A stretch of 32,000 nucleotides of DNA from Sinorhizobium meliloti (GCF_017876815.1 NZ_JAGIOS010000002.1:510001-542000), one strand, 5' to 3'. Positions 1-8,486 are shown, counted from the first letter of the stretch. Program-made: numbers and translations. Notes: a model not told the origin generated them from the letters alone.

Positions 1-198
1 TCTTGCTGCGCCGCCGAACACCGGAGATCGGCCATCCGCATCGACGCTTTTTGTCGCACTGTCTGGATCGTGCCGGCTCATACTTCGAAAGCTCGCAAGG
101 AAAAGTTGTTCCCCGAAATACAATGATGTACGCCAAACTTGCTTAATTGACTACCGATCAATGCGAATCCCGCGCTTTGCCGCCGGCAGTCGGCGCCA

Positions 199-543
199 TC
201 ACTCCATCGAAGCAGCGGCCTCGGCCAGAGGGGTGGACTCGGTCGGAGGCGCAGGCTCGTCGGCCGCTGCCAGAGGGCTTCCCTCGATGCTGCCGCCCCT
301 TCCCCATGTCCCGGCAAGGCTCATCAGTTCCTCCATTTCCCGCCGGAGCCGATGCCATGCCAGGATGTCGTCCGCGTGCGTCGCATTGGTGCGCGGATCA
401 TAGAAGTGGTCTATCTCGTCGCCGGCGCTCCTGCGGGCGGCCTCGAGGCGCCCCTTCAAGGCGCCCGACTCCTCTTTCAGCAAAAAATACCGCCGCATTA
501 CCGCAATCAGGGCAAGATCGTTCCGACTGGCGTTCACAAGCAT
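199..543 (-). CDS. hypothetical protein (~114 aa)
   Basis: Internal start (MLVNASRNDL...) of the 199..636 ORF, preceded by GGAGGA. Codon third positions are GC-rich like the neighbouring genes. No family recognised. Confidence 0.4.
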   Translation of the reverse strand: MLVNASRNDLALIAVMRRYFLLKEESGALKGRLEAARRSAGDEIDHFYDPRTNATHADDILAWHRLRREMEELMSLAGTWGRGGSIEGSPLAAADEPAPPTESTPLAEAAASME

Positions 544-664
544 TCCTCCGCATAATTTCTTCTGCCCAACGGCGCAGGGGCTCGCGGCCGGCAGGGCCGG
601 CCCCAATTGCCCAAGACTTTGGCACTTTTCCGGCAAGACAGGAGAAAATGCGACGCACGAAGAA

Positions 665-697
665 GAACGACCCGGCGGAATTTCCGCCGGGTCGTTC
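665..697. terminator. strong hairpin terminator downstream of the DUF475 gene
   Basis: Perfect 15-bp arms (gaacgacccggcgga / tccgccgggtcgttc) with a 3-nt loop. On the minus strand it is followed by TTCTTCTTCG. It lies about 50 nt after the stop at 750. Confidence 0.6.
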
Positions 698-749
698 CTT
701 GTCCTGATGAGACCTTTCGGCCGGATGGGTCCGGTGACCAGGGCTTGGC

Positions 750-1850
750 TCAGGCCTCGACGCGCCTGCGCCCGCGCGTGTCGTCCTCCACCTGCTCCAT
801 TTCCCGCCTGTTGTGCCGGATCGAAGACCAGAGCGAAAGACCTATGAGGCCTGCCCCGCCGAGGCCGGTAATGACTTCGGGAATGTGGATCAGCGTTTGG
901 AAGTACATGACCACGGAAAGGATCAGGATAGCGTAGAAGGCGCCGTGCTCCAGGTAGCGGTATTCACTGAGCGTGCCCTTCTCGACCAGCATGATCGTCA
1001 TGGAGCGGACATACATCGCCCCGATGCCGAGTCCGATGGCGATGATGAAAAGGTTCTGGGTCAAAGCGAAAGCGCCGATGACCCCGTCGAAGGAGAAGCT
1101 GGCGTCGAGCACTTCCAGATAAAGGAAGGCCCCGAAGCCCCCCTTCGCCGCAGCGCTCATCGTCTGCTGCGAGGCGTCGAGCAGACCGCCGACCACCTCG
1201 ACCGCCAGGAAGGTGAGGAGGCCGTAAACGCAGGCATGAACGAAGATCACGGCTTCTTCCGCTTCGAGCAGCCTCGAAAAGCCGAGTATGAGCGCAAGCA
1301 CGAAGGCAATCTCGACGCCCTTGATGGTCGCAAAGCGTGCCATCCGGCTCTCCAGCCATGCGATCCAGTGCACGTCCTTCTCATGATCGAAGAAGTAGGT
1401 GAGACCGACCATCATCAGGAACGTGCCGCCGAATGCGGCGATCGGCAGATGCGCCTCGTGCATGATCCGGGAATATTCCTCGGGCCGGGCCGCGGCGAGA
1501 ATCACGGCATCGATCGGACCGATACCCGCGGCGATGACCACGATCAGCAGCGGAAAGACGATGCGCATGCCGAAAACGGCGATGAGGATGCCCCAGGTCA
1601 GGAAGCGTTGCTGCCAGACGGGAGTCATGTCCTTGAGCTTGTTGGCATTGACGATGGCGTTGTCGAAGGACAACGAGATTTCCAGAACGGCAAGGACGGT
1701 GCAGATGAAGAACACCGTCATCATTCCGCCGATGGTGCCGGTCGACTGCCAGCCGAGCCACCCGCCAAGCAGAAGCCCGGCAGCCGTAACGATGAACGCC
1801 CATTTGAAATAACCGAGGGCGGTTGTCTGTGCGCTGGATCCAGTCATGGG
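750..1850 (-). CDS. DUF475 / TerC-like integral membrane protein
   Basis: Multi-TM ORF with the LEISLSFDNAIVNA signature typical of DUF475/TerC-type proteins. Start chosen at MTGSSAQ, with GGAGGGGAGG 8 nt upstream. The longer ORF (to 1934) would read through a terminator hairpin. Confidence 0.8.
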   Translation of the reverse strand, partial: PMTGSSAQTTALGYFKWAFIVTAAGLLLGGWLGWQSTGTIGGMMTVFFICTVLAVLEISLSFDNAIVNANKLKDMTPVWQQRFLTWGILIAVFGMRIVFPLLIVVIAAGIGPIDAVILAAARPEEYSRIMHEAHLPIAAFGGTFLMMVGLTYFFDHEKDVHWIAWLESRMARFATIKGVEIAFVLALILGFSRLLEAEEAVIFVHACVYGLLTFLAVEVVGGLLDASQQTMSAAAKGGFGAFLYLEVLDASFSFDGVIGAFALTQNLFIIAIGLGIGAMYVRSMTIMLVEKGTLSEYRYLEHGAFYAILILSVVMYFQTLIHIPEVITGLGGAGLIGLSLWSSIRHNRREMEQVEDDTRGRRRVEA

Positions 1851-1906
1851 CGAACCTCCCCTCCACGCGCTGTGGTAGCGTTGGCGAAAGGGAGATTTCC
1901 GGAGAC

Positions 1907-1937
1907 AAAAAAACGCACGGCCGTATGGGCACATGCG
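1907..1937 (-). terminator. intrinsic-terminator-like hairpin plus U7 inside the 5' leader of the DUF475 gene
   Basis: Minus strand reads CGCAUG(U)GCC-cauac-GGCCGUGCG followed by UUUUUUU, about 55 nt upstream of the ATG at 1850. Confidence 0.4.
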
Positions 1938-2137
1938 TGAGGCATGAGATCAGTTTTCATGGTAGCTATATCCGCCGGCGTGACTTGCTGGCGGTACCGA
2001 CATCACGAGAGCGCCGTAAACTCTCGCCAGAGGGGCCCGGCACCAATGTTCATCCCGCATTCCGATGTCCAAGAGCGGGACGCCTCTTACTTAGCGATGC
2101 CGCGCCTTGCGTCAAGGGGCAGCCGCCTGCTTGCGGC

Positions 2138-2163
2138 GGAACCAAAAGCCCTTCTCCCAAGTT
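2138..2163 (+). promoter_or_regulatory. EcfG/RpoE2-like promoter candidate (GGAAC-N17-AGTT)
   Basis: GGAAC at 2138-2142 and AGTT at 2160-2163, about 39 nt upstream of the first DUF982 ATG (2202). Confidence 0.35.
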
Positions 2164-2201
2164 TCATTTCCAACCGGCAACAACCCGCGAGGCTAGGCGT
2201 C

Positions 2202-2453
2202 ATGCATTGTTTCTGGTGGGATAAGAGTGTCGAATTGGAACTGGGAACCGAGGGCAAATATCGCGACGTGAAAAGCACGCGCGAGGCCGTAGAATGCCTG
2301 CTGCAGCGGTGGCCGCGCCGGGATGGACCGGCGCTGGCCGCAGCCAAGCGCGTATGCCTTCAGGCTCTGGATGGCAAGGTAAAGACCGAAAGAGCCCGCA
2401 GGGCCTTTATAAAGGCAGCGGAAGAGGCACATATTTCGATCCGCAGCCATTAG
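2202..2453 (+). CDS. DUF982 domain-containing protein (paralog 1)
   Basis: 83 aa with the W..V...A..CL..WP...G...A...C...ARxAFxxAAxEA pattern shared by all four paralogs in this window. ATG at 2202 inside the 1944..2453 ORF. Confidence 0.8.
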   Translation: MHCFWWDKSVELELGTEGKYRDVKSTREAVECLLQRWPRRDGPALAAAKRVCLQALDGKVKTERARRAFIKAAEEAHISIRSH

Positions 2454-2562
2454 ACCAAGACAATTTTAGGTTCAAACGCGTCGAAAGACGCGGTCGATCG
2501 AGTTTCGGAGTGGGACGCGGGAGGCGCCGTGCTGGCGGCTTCGGATTGGGCGAGGAAGAACG

Positions 2563-2844
2563 ATGTACGAGATCCCATGGAGCAAGCCCGTCAATATCAA
2601 CATGCTCGACGGCAGGTGCCGCACGGTTGTCGGCCCGCTCGACGCGATGCACTGCCTCCAAAGCGAATGGCCGGTCCGGGACGGCGCCTATTACGGCTGC
2701 GCCATACGCGCCTGCAATGCGGCGCTCAAGCGCAGAAAGAGGCCGGAAGACGCGCGGGCTGCCTTCATCGCCGCTTTGCGGGAAGCCTTTCTGACGGTCG
2801 TGCCGCTGCAGGAGGAAGGTCATGGACCCCGGCCCCTGGAATGA
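2563..2844 (+). CDS. DUF982 domain-containing protein (paralog 2)
   Basis: 93 aa with the same motif pattern. GAGGAAGAAC lies upstream of the ATG. Confidence 0.8.
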   Translation: MYEIPWSKPVNINMLDGRCRTVVGPLDAMHCLQSEWPVRDGAYYGCAIRACNAALKRRKRPEDARAAFIAALREAFLTVVPLQEEGHGPRPLE

Positions 2845-3070
2845 ATGCGTCCCCGTGCGGATGCCCGATGATCCGCAGATCCACATGGTGTCGAACACCC
2901 GTCAGGCGGTCGAGTTGCTGACGAAGCGCTGGCCGGTGAGCCACGGCCAGGCTTACCAGGCGGCAATCGACATCTGCATGGCGGTGCTCGAACGCGAATC
3001 CCCGGCTTACGTCGCGCGGGCGGCCTTCGTCGCTGCCGCGAAAGAGGCGCAGGTCAATATCGTAAGCTGA
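2822..3070 (+). CDS. DUF982 domain-containing protein (paralog 3)
   Basis: 82 aa with the same motif pattern. GGAGGAAGG lies upstream of the ATG. Overlaps paralog 2 by 23 nt. Confidence 0.8.
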   Translation: MDPGPWNECVPVRMPDDPQIHMVSNTRQAVELLTKRWPVSHGQAYQAAIDICMAVLERESPAYVARAAFVAAAKEAQVNIVS

Positions 3071-3175
3071 CCCGTATTGAGCGGGAGGAGAACCGAATGC
3101 GTTTCCCGCACGCATGCGCACCGATTCAACCTGCCTACGGAGCGTTGCGCGGCTGACGGAGCTTGGCGTCGAATG

Positions 3176-3200
3176 GGAACTCTTCGCCTGCTTGCGTGTT
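3176..3200 (+). promoter_or_regulatory. EcfG/RpoE2-like promoter candidate (GGAAC-N16-TGTT)
   Basis: GGAAC at 3176-3180 and TGTT at 3197-3200, about 31 nt upstream of the ATG at 3232. Confidence 0.35.
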
Positions 3201-3231
3201 GATCAGCGGATCAACAAACGTGGGATACCCG

Positions 3232-3666
3232 ATGCCAAAGGCCAATGGTTTCAGCAGGTTTGCAAGTACGGTGGCGGAATATTCCGGGCGCCCGGCGGTC
3301 TTTGTCCTCGCCCTTATATCGATAGCCGTATGGGGCCTCACAGGCCCGATCTTCGGTTTTTCCCAGACGTGGCAACTCGTCGTCAATACCGGCACGACGA
3401 TCGTCACCTTCCTGATGGTCTTCGTCCTTCAGAACACGCAGAACCGGGACGGCCGGGCGCTGCAGGCGAAGCTCGACGAGCTCATTCTCACCAGCGCGGC
3501 TGAGAACAGTTATGTAGGCATCGAAAGGCTGGACGAAAAAGAGCTGAAACGCCTGGCCGAGATCCTCCAGCAGCACGCTCACGATGACGATGACGATGAC
3601 GATGATCATACGCTTCGAGAAAAGGTCTCGAATGTTATCAGCCGGCGGCCGCCGGCCCGGAGCTAG
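3232..3666 (+). CDS. low-affinity iron permease family protein (small bacterial Fet4-like type)
   Basis: GFSQTWQLVVNTGTTIVTFLMVFVLQNTQNRD...KLDELI matches the conserved core of this family. Start taken at MPKANGFSRF. The C-terminus carries a D8 run. Confidence 0.8.
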   Translation: MPKANGFSRFASTVAEYSGRPAVFVLALISIAVWGLTGPIFGFSQTWQLVVNTGTTIVTFLMVFVLQNTQNRDGRALQAKLDELILTSAAENSYVGIERLDEKELKRLAEILQQHAHDDDDDDDDHTLREKVSNVISRRPPARS

Positions 3667-3671
3667 GCGTC

Positions 3672-3696
3672 GGAACCAAAATCCGCCGCATCCGTT
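3672..3696 (+). promoter_or_regulatory. EcfG/RpoE2-type promoter, perfect consensus GGAAC-N16-CGTT
   Basis: GGAAC at 3672-3676, a 16-nt spacer, then CGTT at 3693-3696. It starts 6 nt after the upstream stop codon and about 70 nt upstream of the ATG at 3770. Confidence 0.6.
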
Positions 3697-3703
3697 TGCC
3701 TGA

Positions 3704-4920
<1,217 letters not shown>

Positions 4921-5033
4921 CCGCTCCCAGCGTCAAGTTCCTGCAATGATTTGAGCGTTTTACTTTTGGGGTGGAACAAAGACAGCTCTCTGTCTGCTGC
5001 GCTCCTATACGTTATATCGATCGGAGTTCCGTC

Positions 5034-5318
5034 GTGCCGACGCCTGTCACTTAACGAGTAAAAAAGCGCCGAGACGCGCTGCGGGCGGCCGGGTTGCGCC
5101 CCGTGCAAATATGGATTCCGGATAACCGCCGCCCAGGTTTTGCCGACGAGTGCCGGCGCCAGGCGGAGGCGGTCGCCTCGGCTGATGCTGCCGCCCGCGA
5201 CCTGGATGCCTTCATTGACGTCGCTCTGTCCGTGATGCATGAAGCGTGGCGATCTCGTTACCATCGCCCTGCCGGTGGACTTCGGGAAGCCCCGGCCTGC
5301 CCTGATCATTCAGGCTGA
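5034..5318 (+). pseudogene. MazE-like (DUF3018) antitoxin, apparently disrupted
   Basis: The conserved RVKKRRDALRAAGLRPVQIWIPDNRRPGFADECRRQ region is in frame with a GTG at 5034. An in-frame TAA at 5052-5054 interrupts it. The only uninterrupted ORF starts at TTG 5094 and runs about 80 nt into the toxin gene instead of ending at the ATGA junction at 5239-5242. Confidence 0.5.
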
Positions 5319-5556
5319 TTTGTTCGAGGACACCGGCACGGTGACTGTGCTGCTGGTGTCGGAAGCGTTGCTCGATGCCCCTCTGTTGTGGCCAACGGTA
5401 CGACCGACGCCGGAGAGTGGGCTTGGTAACCGTCACAGATAATGATCGACAAGGCCATGTCGGTGAAACGAGAAAAACTCGGCCCGCCTTTCGGCCGGCT
5501 AGACGACGAAACGATGCTTTCCGTCGCTCGCTCGCCGCTTATTTGGTCTTGCCTGA
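5239..5556 (+). pseudogene. MazF/PemK family toxin, frameshifted
   Basis: The N-terminal part (MKRGDLVTIALPVDFGKPRPALIIQADLF...) stops at 5442. The conserved continuation PSQIMIDKAMSVKREKLGPPFGRLDDETMLSVAR lies in another frame, consistent with a 1-nt loss near 5424-5428 (ggtaaccg). The tail may be shifted again at the cgctcgctcgc run (~5527). The stop at 5554-5556 is inferred. Confidence 0.6.
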
Positions 5557-5654
5557 TATGCGTTTCCTTCGGGAGTGCGCTGTCAGAGCATTTCTTGCGA
5601 AAGAGCCATGGGGTTCGCGATCGTGACAAAGCGGGAATTCAACAAGCAAATCCG

Positions 5655-7483
5655 ATCGGCATAGGGGGCGGCCGTTGTGACCGCGCCCCTGCCACACCAC
5701 CCGGCATGCGGGTCCGCACCGGGCGGTTCGAAGAGTTGAGGTCAGGCGAGGCGGGGGATACGGAGGGCATCCATCCACCTGAGGGTTAGGACCGAATTGA
5801 GCAACATGCCGCTGTTGCGCCACCATCTGCGGCTGTTGACCGCGATCTGCCGTGCCACTTCGGGCTTGGCGCCCTTGGCAAGCAGGGCCTTGTAGGTGGT
5901 CTTGCCACGCTTCCAGTGCTTGAGCTGGATCGCGCGCACCCGGTGACGCATCCACTCCTCCAGCTCCTTGAAGAGCCTTGGAGTTTGTGCCAGCCGGAAG
6001 TAGGCTTTCCAACCCAGAACATAGACGCGCAGGCGCTCGGCCACTTCCGCCATGCTGCGCCCGCCCGAACGGCGGGTCAGTTGCCGGACGCGGCGCTTGA
6101 ACGCCTTGAGCGGCTTGTCGGCCACCCGCCGCTTGACCGCGCCATCCCGGCCCCGCCAGAAGCTGAAGCCGAGGAACTTGCGGCCAAACACAGTGGTAAC
6201 CGCGCTCTTGCCCTCGTTGATCGTCAGGTGCAGCCGTCCGTAAAGCCGCCGCAGAAGCGCCATGACCCGTTCGCCCGCCTTGCGACTGCCAACGTAAACG
6301 TTGCAGTCGTCCGCATAGCGCACGAAGCAATGGCCCCGGCGTTCCAGTTCCTTATCCACCTCATCGAGCAGCACATTGGCCGGAAGCGGCGACAGCGGCC
6401 CGCCTTGCGGCGTGCCCATCACCCGCTCCTGGACCACGCCATGGTCCATGATGCCGCTGTTCAGATAGGCCCGGATCCGGCGGATAACCCGCTTGTCCGA
6501 TATCCGTTTGCTGAGGCGGTCGATCAGGATGTCGTGGTTGACCCGGTCGAAGAACTTCTCAGGTCGACGTCCACGACAATCCGCCGGCCCGACTGCACAA
6601 GGGATTGCGCCGCAAGCACGGCCCCATGCGCACTACGGCCCGGCCGGAAGCCGTGGCTGTGCTCGCTGGAAGTGGGATCAAGGAGCGGCTGCAGCACTTG
6701 CAGCAGCGCCTGCTGGATCAAGCGATCCGTCACCGTCGGGATGCCGAGCTCGCGCTCGCCCCCATCCGGTTTCGGGATCGTCACCCGTCGCACCGGCATC
6801 GGCCGGTACGTTCCCGCCAGAACCCGTTCGCGGATGCCAGGCCACGCCGTGCGCAGATGAGCCGCGGTCGCCTCGATGGACAGACCGTCCGCACCAGCCG
6901 CGCCCTTGTTGGCCTTCACCCGTTTCCAAGCTCTTTGCAGGTTCTCGCGCGCCAGGGCCGCTTCCAGCAGCCCCGGCCCTGTGCTGCGCGTCACAGCGCG
7001 GGCAGGTCGCTTCATCGCTGCCCGGTTCAGACAGGGCTTCACCCTGTCTCCCCCCGGACCGCCCCGCTCTCGCGGGCATCTGATGCCTGGCTTCCTGCAT
7101 CGCTATGCCTCAAGCACTCCTCTTCGTTCGGTCCTTCGCCGCGGATACGGCTACTACGACCTCTGCTGACTTCTCGCTCCGGCTCGACACCGTCGCCCTT
7201 TCAGGCGCAAGGCGAGATCTCCCCGGGTAAGAACGCATTCCTTCACCGCACCACCGCCGGATCTACGCCGCCGCCCCTTGGTCACGAGAGCTTCGCGGTT
7301 CATGGCCCGCTCGCCCTGGTCGGCACCGCCTCATATCCGGTTCTTGTTCATCGGCACGCGGTTTACGCTCCACGCTTCCTCCCCACGCTCGGTCACCCTC
7401 ACGCAGTTGCGCTTCACTTCACTCGCTGTGACCAGCTCGTGGCGGGACTTCCACCCGCAGGAATGCGCCCATGCCGGGCGCAC
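5655..7483 (-). mobile_element. bacterial group II intron, class C-like (~1.83 kb)
   Basis: On the minus strand the 5' end reads GTGCGCC at 7483, exactly 10 nt after a terminator hairpin plus TTTT. It contains an En-less RT/maturase ORF, a domain V-like hairpin (~5696-5727), and a domain VI-like stem. The 3' end is placed at ...GAU (~5655) and is good to about +/-10 nt. Confidence 0.8.
5742..7015 (-). pseudogene. group II intron reverse transcriptase/maturase, frameshifted
   Basis: The RT domains are split between ORFs 6524..7042 and 5742..6449. At ~6560 the sequence reads gac ctg aga agt tct, where gac ctg gag aag ttc ttc (DLEKFFDRVNHD) is expected, so one G is missing. YADD is present (FVRYADDCNVYV). 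There is an X/maturase tail and no En domain. The restored product would be ~424 aa. Confidence 0.8.
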
Positions 7484-7486
7484 CAC

Positions 7487-7517
7487 AGGAAAAGGCCCCG
7501 CCCGGGGTGGCGGGGCC
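7487..7517. terminator. bidirectional rho-independent terminator and group II intron target site
   Basis: GGCCCCGCC (7494-7502) / GGCGGGGCC (7509-7517) form a perfect 9-bp stem with a 6-nt loop. The flanks are AAAA on one side and TACTATTTTGTT on the other. Confidence 0.7.
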
Positions 7518-7604
7518 TACTATTTTGTTCGTTATTATTGAGGAGCGCGTGGATCCGTAGGGGCTTTGCGGAGAGGGAACTTGTTCCACGCGATCCGACT
7601 GTCA

Positions 7605-7629
7605 AACCGTGCAGCGATGCGTTTGTTCC
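7605..7629 (-). promoter_or_regulatory. EcfG-like promoter candidate (GGAAC-N16-GGTT) facing the 7487-7517 terminator
   Basis: On the plus strand, AACC at 7605-7608 and GTTCC at 7625-7629 with a 16-nt spacer. No protein-coding ORF lies between this motif and the terminator. Confidence 0.25.
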
Positions 7630-7633
7630 CTTA

Positions 7634-7681
7634 GATCACGATGTTTTTAGGTCGGGGCGACCTAAAAACATGAACGTGATC
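7634..7681. repeat. intergenic palindromic repeat (rhizobial REP/RIME-like)
   Basis: ATGTTTTTAGGTCG-ggg-CGACCTAAAAACAT forms perfect 14-bp arms (7641-7671). The outer arms are GATCACG / CGTGATC. Confidence 0.6.
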
Positions 7682-7879
7682 GATTCCAAGAAGTTGAGAC
7701 GCGGGATCCGGGCGGAAAACCGCACACACTTTTCCTCTTCCCGCTCTAGCACCGGATAAAGTTGTTGCGCCCGGATTTTTCCCGGACAATACCGCCGAAG
7801 AGGGGCAAGCGATCGCGGCGAATGAATCGTTAACCATCTAGCCGATAGAGGTGGCTGGTGATGAACGTAAGGTGATTCG

Positions 7880-8182
7880 ATGGCAGTTGAGTTTGGTGAA
7901 CGAACCGTGGTCCGGGGCGGCGAAGTAGTCGCGTTTCCTCTGGCGGCACGCGCCAGCGATGTCGACCGCTGCGCGCGTGAACTCGACCGGATACATGGGG
8001 CCGCTGCAGTCCGCTACTGGAAAAGCGAATGCCGGAAGCTCGCCGAGCAGCTTTCCGCACTGGGTCTTCGGGAGGACGAGATCCGAAACGAGGTCCTCGC
8101 GTTCCAGGCGGAAGTCCAGATCGCTATCGCCGGACGCTATCAGGAGCCGCCGGCCCGGAACCGCTCCGATAGCCGCCCATGA
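7880..8182 (+). CDS. DUF6074-like hypothetical protein
   Basis: 100-aa ORF (VVAFPLAARASDVDRCARELDRIHG...FQAEVQ) that resembles small Rhizobiales DUF6074 proteins. Family assignment is from memory. Confidence 0.55.
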   Translation: MAVEFGERTVVRGGEVVAFPLAARASDVDRCARELDRIHGAAAVRYWKSECRKLAEQLSALGLREDEIRNEVLAFQAEVQIAIAGRYQEPPARNRSDSRP

Positions 8183-8225
8183 TCCTTTGATCATTCAGCA
8201 GTCTTTGTAACGCGGACCTGATCGA

Positions 8226-8486
8226 TCACCCGGTCCAGCTGTGTACGCTGAACTGCGCTTCCTCGGCGGCCTTAATGAAGGCGGTGCGTGCGACATCGGG
8301 CTCGTCATCCCCGTCGATCACCCGCTCGCAGGCCGCGAAGGCATCGCGCTTTGCTTCTCCGTCGGCAATCGGCCAGTGATTTTTGAGGCAAAGAAAAGCG
8401 TCACGGGTGCTTTGTACCCGGAGGACACGGTTTTCACCTGCCTCCAGAATCACCGCTTCGCTCCAGAGACGATCCTGCGTCAGCAT
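8226..8486 (-). CDS. DUF982 domain-containing protein (paralog 4)
   Basis: 86 aa with the same motif pattern as the 2202-3070 triplet (CLKNHWPIADGE...ARTAFIKAAEEAQ). Its start overlaps the stop of the CBS gene (ATGCTGA). Confidence 0.8.
   Translation of the reverse strand: MLTQDRLWSEAVILEAGENRVLRVQSTRDAFLCLKNHWPIADGEAKRDAFAACERVIDGDDEPDVARTAFIKAAEEAQFSVHSWTG

Noticed and set aside
1-82. Possible start of a minus-strand gene (MSRHDPDSATKSVDADGRSPVFGG...) running off the left edge.
   Set aside because: Only ~27 codons are visible, with no RBS or recognisable family. This is insufficient evidence for a feature.
665-697. GGAA/GTTCC strings that resemble EcfG -35 boxes. Similar ones occur in the hairpin at ~11455-11490, at 7576-7587 (GGAACTTGTTCC) and at 17484-17488.
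   Set aside because: They are arms of hairpins or palindromes, or they lack an NGTT element at N16-17 and a correctly oriented downstream gene. I did not count them as promoters.
1851-2100. yybP-ykoY (Mn2+) riboswitch upstream of the TerC-like gene.
   Set aside because: I could not find the conserved GGGGAGUAG or distal UUGACA/AGACC core sequences in the leader. Only the terminator-in-leader architecture is reported.
6605-7759. 384-aa plus-strand ORF, and other plus-strand ORFs (5916..6860, 6493..7083), across the intron.
   Set aside because: They are antisense to the RT/maturase and to the structured intron RNA. The sequences are Arg/Pro/Ser-rich with no recognisable domains.
7631-7837. 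68-aa minus-strand ORF between the DUF6074 gene and the intron.
   Set aside because: It runs straight through the palindromic REP-like element, has no RBS, and has an implausible composition. The DNA is better explained as repeat sequence.
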